Positions 14,101 through 26,678 of a DNA stretch of 64,000 bases are shown here, in pieces (position 1 is the first letter of the stretch; each line of letters starts with the position of its first letter). A program made the position numbers and the translations under genes. Source of the stretch: Octopus bimaculoides (taxonomy: Eukaryota). The stretch spans positions 5,005,352-5,069,351 of the forward strand of contig NC_068995.1 of the NCBI RefSeq assembly GCF_001194135.2. The letters run 5' to 3'. Below the pieces are notes generated by a model. That model was not told where the DNA came from. It made no database searches and saw only the letters and a list, made by a program, of their open reading frames with translations.

Positions 14101-14291
14101 GTGGCAATACTTACGAAGAGTCCGCAGCTTACATACAACTCCAGTTTGAAAACCTAAACAAACGGAAAGAGGAGAAAGAAATCTACACGCACTTCACTTG
14201 TGCCACAGACACCAATAACGTCCAGTTTGTGTTTGATGTGGTCACTGATGTTATCATCAAGAATAATTTGAAAGACTGCGGTCTCTTTTAA
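14101..14291 (+). CDS. GNAI: Galpha-i last coding exon
   Basis: ttccag|GT GGC...TTT TAA; TCATDT G5 box and the Gi-type C-terminus [10 protein letters not shown] (pertussis-toxin Cys at -4). The six exons sum to 904 nt in one frame. Confidence 0.97.
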
Positions 14292-15687
14292 AGGTGAGTT
14301 TATGACATTCACAGAACACGATTCCTCTAGAACCATATCCAACACATTTTGAACAGTCATCTTAAAAGCTTCTCGTCTTTTTCTGCAAACTCTTCATTGT
14401 CTCCTCCATACTTTTTTACTGTCTTCCTGCTGGGGCACCACCATTTAAGGATTTTAGTCAATCATTTTAACTCCAATTTTTAGTTTATTATGGTATGTAT
14501 TTTCTACATTTGTATTTATTAAATGACTAGGTTAGCCCCCCCCCCCCCACTTTGGTCGTGAATGACCATGGGATTGCACCAAGAAAGTTACCCTCTGAGG
14601 CACAAGTCTGGACAAGGTTGTTTATGGAAGACCAGCAGTCACCCATGCATACCAGTCCCCCATTCTGTCCATTGAATAACTTAACAGAAAATTTTCTTCC
14701 AATAGAGAAGTTTCAGAAACAAAAAATTTAAGGTTTCACATTCTGAGTGAATGGTAGGTTAAACCAAATCACATTTTGGGCTCAATTACAGTTTTATTAC
14801 ATCTGTATGTATTTCCACCTTGGATATAAAGTTGATTTTTTTTCCCCCCACTTAAAATTTGCTATTTTTCTATGTTTTATTAAAATTTGTTCTGTCAAAA
14901 TTATACGTTCATAAGTACAAGTGCACCAATAAACACACCTTTGTAAATAAATATTTTCTTTCTGATTTCCAGTTGGTTTCCATAAACTTGCTAACTATTG
15001 ACCAGCCAGGTGACCGGCCATTTGTGACCCACAGATACTATCACCATGATTACTACTTCTGCTACTACTACAACTATTACAATAGAGAAAGGACTTGAGA
15101 AGAACTTTACTTTTTATATATGAATATGTATGCGTGTGTATATATATATATATAAATATATATATATATATGCATGCACATATATATATATATCTGAATA
15201 TATGTGTGTATTTATGTGTGTGTATGTATATATATGAGTACATACTCATACACACACATTGACAGGCATCAGTGAATATGCATATGTATATATTTATGTA
15301 TGTATATACATAAATATAAATTTTGCTTATTTTTTTTTTCCTAATTCATGAAACATCATTCTACCATCACAATCATCATCATCATCACCGTCATCATCAT
15401 CATCACCACTTATTGTCACACATTGTTTTTTTTTTTTTTTGTCTTTTCACCAAAACAAAAACAAAAACTCTCCTCCAATACTCTTACTCACTCTACTCCT
15501 CTTTTCTGCTTTTCTTCTTTCTTTCTTACTCTTATTTTAATTGCCTGAATGACTTTATTGTTATTTTTACATGTTTAAATCCCTTCCCGGACATTTTTAT
15601 ATTTCGTCCTTGTGTTGTCCCCAACGTATTTGACCCTTGTGGTCAATAAAATATTATTATTATTATTATCATTATTACTATTATTAT

Positions 15688-15720
<33 letters not shown>

Positions 15721-15737
15721 TATTATTATTATTATTT

Positions 15738-17300
15738 AGGTGGTGAGCTGGCAGAAACGTTAGCATGCCAGGCAAAATGCTTTGCAGTATTTTTGTCTGC
15801 TGCTACATTCGGAGTTCAAATTCCACCGAGGTCGACTTTGCCTTTCATCCTTTCGGGGTCGATAAGTTAAGTACTAGTGAAACACTAGAGTCGATGTAAT
15901 CAACTAGTCCACTCCCCACGAATTTCAGGCCTTGTGCCCCTAACAGAAGGGATTATTATTATTATTATTATTAACATCTTTGTGGTGCAGAACTATCTTA
16001 CAATTAATCCTTTTTTTTAATTACTCCCCCCTCCACTTAACCATTTCAGTTTGCCCTGGGGTACAGAGAAGGTGTAACATTTGACTGGTTTTCATCCACC
16101 TTTCATCACCTTCACTTTTTTTTGTGGTAACTAACCTTTAAAATACCTGTCATATACTACGGTATACCAGGGAAGAAAGCACAACATATAGAGATACATT
16201 TCAATTGAATCTACTTTTAATTTTTCTTTATAGAAATTCACATCATTATTATCATCATCGTCATCATCAAAGCAATGAGCTGGCAGAATTGTTAGCACAC
16301 TGGGCAAAATGCTTAGCATCTTTACATTCTGAGTTCAAATTCTGCTGAGGTCGGCTTTGCTTTTTTATCTTTCCAAAGTCAATAAAATACCATTTGAGTG
16401 CTGGGGTCAATGTAATCAACTTAACCCCCACTCCCTTGTTGAACTCCCATCTTTAAATCTGGCCAGGGTTTGAAGAAATATGAACCAGGTAGGGATGAAC
16501 TCACCAGATGCTCCACTCTGCAACACCTAAGTTCTGTGTTCTCAATTTCATCCTTGTACTGTCCCCATCTGAAGCTTTTGTTGCCCTTAAAAGAAATTAT
16601 TATTATTATTATTATTAAGGCAGCAAGCTGGCAGAAATGCTTAGTGGTACTTTGTCAATTGCAACATTCTGAGTTCAAATTCCGCTGAGGTCGACTTTGT
16701 CTTTTGATCCTTTCAAGGTCGATAAACTAAGTACCAGTTGAGTACTGAGGTCTCTGTAATCAAGTGTCCCCTTCTACCAAAATTTCAGGCCTTGTGCCTA
16801 TAATAGAAAGGATTATTATTATTATTATACACACTGCAGTGGATTAGCAGAATGGTCAGAGCATCAGACAAAATGCCTTGAGGTATAACTCCTGATCAGA
16901 GTTCAAATCCTGCTGAGGTGAATTTTTCCTTTCATCCTATCGGGGTTGATAAAGTAAGGGCCAGTTGAGTTTCTGGGGGTTGATGTTATTGACTTACCCC
17001 ATCTCCTAAAATTGCTGGCCTTGTGCCAAAAATTTGAAGCCATTATTATTATTAATTATTATTATTATTAATTGGGTTGATAGAGGCAAGCTTACAGAAT
17101 TATTAGCACCCAGGACAAAATGCATAGCTACATTTCTTCTAGTTTTGCATTTTGAGTTCAGATTCCTCGGAGGCTGGCTTTGAATTTCATCTTTTGAGGA
17201 TCAAGAAATCAAATACTTGTTGAACATTGGGGGTTGAGGTAATTGATTGGTCCCCTCTCCTGAAAATTTCAGGCCCTTGTGCTTATAGTAGAAAGGCTTC
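15738..17300 (+). mobile_element. Cluster of at least five same-strand SINE family B copies downstream of Galpha-i
   Basis: Same unit as 12850-13560; further copies at about 23530-23770(-), 41167-41500(+), 47245-47430(-), 62680-62860(-). Confidence 0.8.
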
Positions 17301-18067
17301 TTCAGTAAGAATGTTTTTTGGCAGAAATGGTGCAAGATTCCTTCCATCACCCGACATCTGTGTTTGAATCCTCTTCCGTAGGGTTCACTTTACCCCTCAT
17401 CCATCTTCTTTTGTCCCAGGAGTAAGTAAGGGAGTGGGGGAGTTGATAAAATGAAACAGCAAGTCCAGTATTGTGGAGGGCAGGGAGGCAGGGCTGATAT
17501 ATAAGTGAATATACCCCCTCCCCTTAAAATATAATTTGAGGCTTTATGCTTATTCCCCTTTGTAATGTCCCCATCCAACCTCGTCTGTCGCCCTTGTTGC
17601 AAATAATAAAAAAAAAGGATAATTAATACTATTATTATTATTATTATTGCTGCTATTGGTCGTTGCAGTGCTAGAGACTCTGATAGTCTTTTACTGACCA
17701 TTCCCATGAGACTCCCTCCTCACATGAAACCCTTTTTCTTTGTTTTGTTTTGATTTTTTTTTTTTATTATTTAAAACAAAAATACAAAATTGTGAAAAAC
17801 TTTAAAAAAAAATGTCTGTTTTACTTAAAAAAATGATATTTTGTAAGGAAAAAATACTGAAAAAAATGCTTTGATTTTTCACATTTATCAACGTCATTAT
17901 TATATATGGATCTAATAAAGAACTAAGAATTATTATTATTAGTAGTATTTTTATTATTATTCTGAGGTTTGTTTTGCCTTTATCCTTTCAGAGGTCAATG
18001 TAATCAGCTGACTCCACTCCCTTTAAAATTGCTGGCCTTGTGCTGACATTCAAAACCATTTTCATTA

Positions 18068-18370
18068 TTACCTCCACCTTAGCGAAGACGGAGGTATTGT
18101 TTTCAGTCATGTTTGTTTGTTTGTCTGTGGACAAGGTGTCTCAAGAACCACTGCATGGATTCGGATGAAACTTTCAGGGATGTTTGGCCCTGTGACTGGC
18201 ACAAACTTATTTAATTTTGGGATCGATCCGATACTGGACAAGGATTCTGGATTATTTGTTATATTTACTTTACATGAAGTATTACGATTTTATGTTGACT
18301 TTCAAGTCTTTCTCTAGTTATCTCCCTTGAAAGCACACTCATGGTTTCCATGTAAGTTATGGCAGCATTG
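18068..18370 (+). mobile_element. Non-autonomous Helentron/HINE-like element
   Basis: Starts with a CCTCC(A)CCTT...GACGGAGG hairpin followed by a (GTTT)n/GTCT microsatellite; internal block repeated at about 37790-37900. Confidence 0.5.
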
Positions 18371-18602
18371 TTGTTTCCAAAGTTCTATTTTCGTTTCTCT
18401 ATTATTAATTTTACTCGCGTCTCTATCTTGGTAGAAACTGATGGATAAAGAAATCGCAGCAAAACCGTTCAGAAATTAAATAACACTAACATAATTTATC
18501 CTTGACAATTTTTAGTTTTACCAATTTTGAATACATTGCTCCTGTTTAAAACCTCTTACTTAACAATTGCATTTCTAGCTCTGCCTTGAAGGAAGCTTTA
18601 TT

Positions 18603-18780
18603 TCTTGGACTCACATTTTAGTGTGCAACAATGTTGTTAAACCTCCGTTAACAGCACCATATACATGTCCTTTCCATTTCTTTTACGCATGGATAAATTT
18701 TTCTCTATAGACCTTAATGGTCGTAAAGACACTATATCAGTGGATAGACTGAAAAAGGCCTTCATAGAGAAAACTGTCCC
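18603..18780 (+). mobile_element. Ty3/Gypsy integrase C-terminal (GPY/F module) fragment
   Basis: [19 protein letters not shown]-(frameshift)[32 protein letters not shown] resembles the integrase tail PPYxGPF...TVSIDRLKPA. Confidence 0.7.
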
Positions 18781-20835
18781 TGTTCCCACTGCAGACATCA
18801 CACACACAGCATTACAAACATGGCTCGTACACCCACATTCCATGACTATCATTTCGATCGATCCGGTACCAGAGAAGGACTCTGGGATTATTTTTGAGAG
18901 CTGTTGTGTTATATATACACACACACACACATATATATATATACACATATATATATACACATATATATATATATATACACACATATATATATATATATAC
19001 ACACATATATATATATACACATATATATATATATACACATATATATATATACACACATATATATATACACACATATATATATATACACATATATACATAT
19101 ACACATATATGTGACGGGCTTCTTTCAGTTTCCATCTTCCAAATCCACTCACAAGGCTTTGGTCAGCCCGAGGCTATAGTCGAAGACACTTGCCCAAGAT
19201 GCCACGCAGTGGGAATGAACCCGGAACCATGTGGTTGGTAAGCAAGCTACTTACCACACAGCCACTCCTGCATCTATGTTCATGATTGTTTTCAAACTTT
19301 TAATTAGCCCTTGTTTCATAGGTTTTGAGTAGCATAAAGCTTTCCTTTCGTAAGTTGCAAGTTACTCTCTGGTGGTTGAGATAAAGTATCATATATGATG
19401 CAGAGAAAGCCAAGGAAATGTGTTGTGTTTCTCATGGGATGCAGAGGAGAGGCAAAGGGGTTAGAAATTAATTGACAGAAACTGTGTGTATTGGAAGTGT
19501 CATGTAAAAACAAAATATATATGTGATTATCTTATGGAATTTGGTGGAATTTATTTCCTGAGAAGGAAAGCAAACAATGAGGTCAAAGCCAGCTCTAGTT
19601 ACAACAGCATAAACACAGTCTGGCTGAATCTTGCAACTAGATAGAACTGGTTTCTAAATGTTTAAATAATAGAAGTAGAAACAGGATATTATTCTGCTGG
19701 TATTGTTTACCATTAAATTGGGGTTTGGCAGTGTTGCTAGAGTTCTAACCTTTTTTTTATTTATTATATTCCTGATAATCAACAGATATCTTAAACGCGT
19801 TTATGTAGAGATGAAAGAAGTAAGAGAGAGAGAGAGAGATAACGTTTATATGCCTATGTCTATTATCATTATTTTTTTTGCCTCCAGTTTCCATTCTTGT
19901 ATTGGTCAAACAGAACTGAGGTAGATTTTCTATGGCTTGATACCCTTCCTGTTGCCAATCCTCACCAGAAGATTAGAAATTAACAACAGTGCCCTCCATG
20001 AATATAATCCTAACCAGAATTAAAATCACAATGGAGGACAATCTTACAGTGTCAATGTCTGAAATAATATATGCAACAAGATTATAATAATCCATTTTAA
20101 GTAAGTCAACCTTACAAAAGGAAGGACAACTAAAAACAGGTTGTAAAACATTCAGACAACAAGCACATAAAGCTTGTACACCCATCATCAGCTGCCAAAC
20201 AGATATCATTATGGTTTTGACACTTGAGCAAATACCATTCAATCCAATAGTGTCAACAGCATTAAAAACAAATGCTACTTTAGAATTAATAGACAAGAAG
20301 CTGGAGTGAAACTGTAATTATATCCATTACATCTATACCTACTTAATACTACAAGTACAAACATTAAATCTCAAACATAAATCATTTCATGCATAAAATT
20401 ATTGAGCAGAGAAATTAAAAATACTACATGGAAAATACAGAGATATCTTCAACCTCAAGAATTACAGAACTTTCCTAATTACTTCGTTAGTGTTGTCAGT
20501 TACACTCATCTACATACGCCTAAAGTTAGTTCCCAATTCAGACTCATAACCACTAAATTTTTAAATAATACAGTACAGGTTTAGTTTTAGAAACAAAAAC
20601 AATGGTAACACACTTCAACATGTAATAATTAAACACATGCGTCAAACATAAATATTCAAACATGTAAATAATTTTTATTTAAACAAGTTATATCCAGAGA
20701 CTTATATAAATTACTGTTAAATAATATTTTTTGCAAAAAAAAAAAAAAAGTGGGATGGGAATAGAAAAAATTGTGTCAATGTTTTTCATTTTTGTGTTGA
20801 CAAGAAATACAAGACCTGACAGAATGATTTTTTTT

Positions 20836-20926
20836 TTATATTTTGGATGCGTCTTTCCATCGATAGGTTCCAGAATAGACAAAGTTGAAAGATTTGGTCA
20901 AGGTGTCATACTCTGGTGGACCACGA
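20836..20926 (-). CDS. G6PD: G6PD last coding exon
   Basis: ccccag|T CGT GGT CCA...ATA TAA; RGPPEYDTLTKSFNFVYSGTYRWKDASKI*; the 12 exons sum to 1557 nt (518 aa); structural-NADP-site residues such as the Y-x-GTY-x-W tail are retained; AATAAA on the minus strand near 20675. Confidence 0.95.
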
Positions 20927-21094
20927 CTGGGGAAGAAGAAAAAATATTAGATTTTATTAAAACAGGAAGCATTTGATCTGAAGAAGGAAAAACAAAAATG
21001 TATAGTTTTGGTGTATGGAAAACTGAGAACTGAACATTTTCAAAAACACAAATTCGCTGCCCTACAGCAGAATTGAACCTAAGACCACAAAAGG

Positions 21095-21215
21095 ACACTC
21101 CAGCCAAAGTCTTCTTGATTAAGTGTAGGTTCTCCAGCTGCCCAGCCACTTTTGCCAACCAACTCGTGACACTGTCCATCCGCCGTGATCTTTGCCTGCC
21201 CCTGGATCATCTACC
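21095..21215 (-). mobile_element. RTE-clade LINE 3' coding fragment in the last G6PD intron
   Basis: RGRQRSRRMDSVTSWLAK resembles the RTE ORF C-terminal RGRQRxRWxD motif. Confidence 0.45.
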
Positions 21216-21288
21216 CTCTACTCTTCCTTCCAGACATTTCCGTCAAGAAAGCACTATGATTAAATTAGCATACTAATCTATACACACA

Positions 21289-21640
21289 GGCACAGGAGTA
21301 GCTGTGTGGTCAGAAGTTTGCTTCCCAACTGCCATGGTTCTGGGTTCAGTCCCACTACATGGCACCTTGGGCAAGTGTTTTTTCTAATTATAAGCCTTGG
21401 GCTGACCAAAGTCTTGTGAATGGATTTGGTAGACAGAAACTGAAAGAAGCCCATTGTGTGTGTGTGCATGTATATATTTGTGTGTCTGTGTTTGTCCCCT
21501 ACAACCATCACTTGACAATCGATATTGGTGTGTTTACATCCCAGTAACTTAGCAGTTCAGCAAAAGAGACTGATGTAATAAGTACTAGGCTTACAAAGAA
21601 TAAGTCCTGGGGTCAGTTTGTTCAACTAAAGGCGGTGCGA
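21289..21640 (+). mobile_element. tRNA-derived SINE family A (representative near-full copy with internal GT/AT microsatellite)
   Basis: GGTTCAGTCCC B-box-like head, shared core and tail. Other whole or partial copies at about 1028, 2880, 7065, 9790-10170, 19111, 22900, 29690, 33835-34250, 35245, 36860, 38565-39330, 40050-40425, 53870-54125. Confidence 0.8.
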
Positions 21641-21835
21641 GGTGCAAAAACTATCTTGCAGTTAGTAAGTTTCTTTTTTCCCTTAATTTCAGCCAGCCCC
21701 AGGGTAGAGGGGAGGCCTGACATTTGGTTAAGGCTTTCACCCACTCTTCATCATTTTCGCTGACCAACACAAAGTTCATAATTATTCTCATATATTACTA
21801 AGCATTCGTTAAGAGTGCAAATGCAGTTGTCTTAC

Positions 21836-22005
21836 CTGCCAAACTTATATGGAATTGGTTTCACTTTCGAGGAGTCAATCTCATCCAGAAAAGGTGTGAA
21901 AATACGCCAAGCTTCATATAATTCATCAGAACGGACAAAGTTCATTTGGGAACCAGCAAAGACGTCGATGAGGAGACGTTCGTAGGCATCGGGGAACTTG
22001 GCATT
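21836..22005 (-). CDS. G6PD: G6PD coding exon 11
   Basis: 170 bp; [56 protein letters not shown](S). Confidence 0.95.
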
Positions 22006-22549
22006 CTGAAAGCAGAATTCAAGGGGAAAAGAAAAAGAAAACTCATGATGTTGTATCAGAAAAGGAAATCACACAATCCCATGGGTGGTTTTCATTGTTG
22101 TTATTATTTAGGTCTAACACACCTGATTAATACCCTTTTGATACCAACACAAATGGGTTAAAGAAGTTCCAGCCATTGACCATCCTGTCTTTTTTCTTTA
22201 TCTTGACAAAAATCTAAGACTAAATCATTCAGTCTGTCCTTCCTTCCTTCCTTCAAGACTATTTGACCCAATTGGAAATTATGATGATGATGGTGGTGGT
22301 GGTGCAATGATGATGATAGTAGCAGCAACTATAATGCTGATAGCCATTGGTGATGGTGGTGGTGGCAATGTTGATGATGATGATGGTGGTGGTGTCATTG
22401 ATGCTGAGGATAGAGACCAGGATGCTAAAGATGCTGATGGCGATAATGAATATGAAAACGAAGATGCCAACAGTAACAAAGGCAGAGATGGTTACAATGA
22501 GTGAAACACGGTAAATAAATAAATTTTAAAAAAAAGTGTTGCAACTGAC

Positions 22550-22758
22550 CATAAATCGATTCTCAAAGGTCAGGTCAAGTTCACTTTCCTCACAGTTGAA
22601 GGACATTCCAGGTAGCTTGGTCATCACCTTCATGTAGATGGCCTCCTTTGGCTGGACACGGAAAACCAGTTCGTTCCGCTTGATGCAGCCACGTTTAAAG
22701 ATGTCAGACGGAACATCCTGGAACTGGATGCGAATCTCAGCTTTACGTTCATTGAGGG
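22550..22758 (-). CDS. G6PD: G6PD coding exon 10
   Basis: 209 bp; (A)[12 protein letters not shown]...[16 protein letters not shown]...[11 protein letters not shown]. Confidence 0.96.
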
Positions 22759-23419
22759 CTGAAATAGGAAAGGGTTCAGGTATTAGAGTAGAAAAAAAGT
22801 GGGTAGAAACTGGGTGGAGACCAGGGTAGGGAGGGGCTAGGGGTGGGGTGGATGACAGTGATATAATTGTACCTAGAATTGTTATAATAATGAATATAGG
22901 TGCAGGAGTGGCTGTGTGGTAAGAAGCTTGCTTCGCAACCACATGGTTCTGGGTTCAGTACCACTGTGTGGCACCTTGGGCAAGGTTCTTCTACTATAAC
23001 CTCTGGCTGGGGATAAAATTAAGGGTAGACGTGTCAGTCAGGTGTCTGACTATGTCAAACAACAGGAATGACCACACACAGTTAAGTGTACAGATATCCA
23101 TAGGTCCCCCCCAACATACACACATCACAACTAACTCTACAGATGTCCATCGGCCCACACACACAACTGTATAAATACACAGACACACAGCTGACTGTAC
23201 GTAGGCCCCACTACACATTTACAAAACAGGCTAACTGTATGCACACACACACACAACACACAACACACACACACAACATATACACACAGTCATCATAGCA
23301 ACCAATCTTATAAACTCGTTTTCTCTCTGTTAATTATGTCACAATAATTAACAGTCATGTATTTAACTGAAATGTTTGAAGCATTTTAGTTTAATAATTA
23401 AAGAATTAGAATTTCTTAC

Positions 23420-23509
23420 CTTTACCACATCTTAAAATAAAAGGGACTCCTTTCCAACGTTCATTGTTGACAAATAATACGGCAGCAGCAAAAGTTGGAG
23501 TCAGAGAAT
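23420..23509 (-). CDS. G6PD: G6PD coding exon 9
   Basis: ttatag|AT TCT...AAA G|gtaag, 90 bp; (D)[29 protein letters not shown]; absent from the ORF track. Confidence 0.94.
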
Positions 23510-24270
23510 CTATAATAATAATAATGATAATAATAATAATAATAATAATAATGGTTTCAAATTTTGCCACAAGGGCAGCCATTTTGGGGGAGGGGACGTG
23601 TTGATTACATTAGCTCCAATGTGTACCTGGTACTTAATTTATTGACCCCCAAAAGGATGAAAGGTAAAGTCGACCGTGGCAGAATTTGAACTCAGAATGT
23701 AGCGATGGGCAAAATATAGCTAAGCATTTCAACCAGCGTGCAAACTATTCTGCCAGCTCGCTGCCTTAAAAAAAATAAATAATAATAGTAATAATAATAA
23801 TAATAATAATGGTTTCAAATTTTGCCACAAGAGAAGCCAATAATAATAATTATTGCAATAATGATTCAGAACAAAGAATTGTAACTAAACATCACACCAC
23901 GTTTATCTTTTCTTTAAAACCTGGAAATTTTTAACTAAAGGTAAAACGTAACAGTCGGAACGCAGAGGAAAATGAATTACTGTACAAAATAGGTTTTGAA
24001 AAAGTAAATCATACAAACAGGTAATGTGTTTAAGGGAAACAACTCTTTCAGGAATAATAATTTTTCCTTTACAAGAAAATTATTCTCTCCCTTACGTATT
24101 TCTGAGAACCATGAAATATATGATTTCTTTTAAAAATTCTATTTGATTCTTTAGATAGCGTAAAAGTCCACCTAGGTAGTATTGAATGTGCAACCATAGG
24201 AAACAGCAACTCTGAAAAGCTATATTCCTAGTTGTCATCTCTATTACCCTGAGAGTTCTTACCTATTATT

Positions 24271-24711
24271 GGTGCTACTTTGGCGTGTGATCTATAAGAG
24301 AGATTACTTTAGGTTACTTTTTAAATTATTTTGTAATACTTAGCATTGTAAATGTGTTTTTTTCAAAATTCTTACCATCTTAATAATAAGTAAAGCCACA
24401 TAATAATTAAAATATGTACATAGACCATCGACCAGAGTAAATTTGCTCACGTAGGTCACACAGGAAGTAACACTAACACACAGTAAACTAAAAGTAACCT
24501 AAAGTAATCTCCCCTGAAATTGTAGATCACATGGCCAAGTGGCACGTTTCTTTTTCTTAAGAAATGATGTGAATTTAGTGCCTTCGTCTCGTCGCTGATC
24601 ACATCGTAAAAAATCTTTAGCCAACGTCTTATAGGCTTTTATAAATTGAAAAATAAACTAAAATGTAACTCAAAGTAATCTCCCTTGTAGATCACACGCC
24701 AAAGGAGCACC
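24271..24711. mobile_element. Fold-back MITE in a G6PD intron
   Basis: About 53-bp imperfect inverted repeats at 24271-24323 and 24659-24711; third internal copy near 24487-24545. Confidence 0.7.
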
Positions 24712-24954
24712 TTGTTATCGTTCAATTTACATTAAGTAAACAATCTTATCTTTCACAATCGTACGGGCATTAAAAGTAGTACAAATGAGCAGTAATGTAA
24801 CAAAACTCATTGACAACCTGCTATGGATGACCAGTAGTGCAATAAAAAAAAAACCTCAAAAAAAAAAGACTTAGAACATCAATCAGAAATTGTTTAAAAG
24901 ATTAGGTCAAACTGAAGTGATTGTATTCTACAAGACTATAGAAGAAGGACTTAC

Positions 24955-25081
24955 CATCAGGCACAGTGGGGTCATCAAGGTAACCCTTAGCACTGTCCCC
25001 TTCGGCATCAGGGTCACCAACATACTGACCAAGAACAACATTCTTCATCTCGGGAGGTTCAATACATTGTAATACCTTCAC
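24955..25081 (-). CDS. G6PD: G6PD coding exon 8
   Basis: 127 bp; [42 protein letters not shown]. Confidence 0.95.
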
Positions 25082-25419
25082 CTGTAACGAGAACGTAGAA
25101 GTCAAATTGATGAAATGTTAAACTGTGTCTGCTCTATAATAAGACAACTATCCTTGTCTCTCTATCATATTCTAACCTCTTGCCTGGCACACAGCCACTT
25201 CTCTTGACTCCACTCCCTCTCTCAACTAAGAGGGCTTTGTCTTGCAAATTACCATATTTTAATGTGCATAAGGAACCCTTTTTTGTCAAAAATTAGGTGA
25301 AAAAATATGGGAGTTTCTTATACATACATAGTATTGTAATCCCTTACAAAACTTTTCTCCACACAGACAACACCAACAACAACCTTATAGCAAAATGAAG
25401 GACAAAAACAGACACACAC

Positions 25420-25513
25420 CTTCTCATTTCTGATGTCTTCAGCGCTGGTACTGGATGGTTGTTCCATGGCAACGATTGACAGTAATTGAAGTAAATGGTT
25501 CTGCATCACATCT
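25420..25513 (-). CDS. G6PD: G6PD coding exon 7
   Basis: 94 bp; [31 protein letters not shown], includes the catalytic His. Confidence 0.96.
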
Positions 25514-25539
25514 CTGAAACAGCAACAGATTCCTTCTTT

Positions 25540-25770
25540 ATATTCACCATTATTAAAGACTAATGAATGAGGGTAGCATCGTTAAAGATTAACAAATGAG
25601 AGGTACCGTTAAGTGAGGGGTATCATCATTACAGACTAATGAATGAGTGTATCATTATTAAAGACTAATGAATGAGTGGTATCGTCATTAAAAGCTAACG
25701 AATGAGTGTATCATTATTAAAGACTAATGAATGAGTGGTATCATCATTAAAGACTAACGAATGAGGGACA
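25540..25770. repeat. About 30-bp minisatellite, about 7 copies
   Basis: Unit approximately ACTAATGAATGAGTGGTATCATCATTAAAG. Confidence 0.8.
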
Positions 25771-26395
25771 ACATCAAAGAGACAACACTGTCTGCATCCC
25801 ATGTTTGAAATACACCAAAATTCCTTCATCGGATCATTTAGCCCTTTACCATTTAAACCAGCCATATCTGGCCCAAATATTTTACCTGTTTTATGTTCAA
25901 ACTGGCCAGATCCAGCCTCTCACACTTGTCCTACAATGGCATTCTAAAAATAATCACACCATCAAAATCTCAAAGCTAAAAGATAACACATGGTTAAGAC
26001 AGCATGAATCAATGAGACTTTGTATTTGACAGAGTAATCTGAACGCTAAAGAGTCAAGGGTCAACAGAAAGTAAACCATACATCACATTGAGAGCCCCTT
26101 TGTTGTAGGGGGTTTTGAGACTGGTCACATTGGTAGGGATTATAGGGATCTCCTTGAACATCTGGGAGTCAAAGACTTCAGGAAATATAGAGCCAAGAAG
26201 AAAATTCCAGAGAGAGGAGACATTAAACGGGGGATGAAATCATCATCAAATCAATGTTACCTGAACAGGTGTGTACTGTGTACTGCGCATAAGGTGTCAA
26301 AGTGATATATGTGTGTATATGTGTGTGTATATATTGTGTGTATATGTGTGTGTATATATTGTGTGTATGTGTGTGTGTGCATATATACGTGTGTT

Positions 26396-26448
<53 letters not shown>

Positions 26449-26552
26449 GTGTGTATAAATATATATGTATGTGTGCATATATGAGTGTGTGTGTATATGT
26501 GTGTGTGAGTGTATATATGTGTATACACGCACACATGTGCATGCATACCCAC

Positions 26553-26678
26553 CTGATAATTCCTGACTGGTCAAAATATCCGCCCCTGCCTTGTGTTCCT
26601 ATTGGTTCTTTGAAGCTGATCACCACACTGGAAACGTGACTGTTGTTCCAGATCGGATTAAAGATTAAATTGCCAAAT
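26553..26678 (-). CDS. G6PD: G6PD coding exon 6
   Basis: 126 bp; [41 protein letters not shown](R). Confidence 0.96.

Noticed and set aside
12850-17300. Regularly spaced repeats as a CRISPR-like array
   Set aside because: Units are ~200-bp tRNA-derived SINEs with microsatellite tails in a eukaryotic intron; no cas genes and no short repeat-spacer structure
21660-21790. Minus-strand MNFVLVSENDEEW... resembling a duplicate of the MNFVRSDE exon
   Set aside because: Only 11 nt match, no usable acceptor or donor, no further similarity
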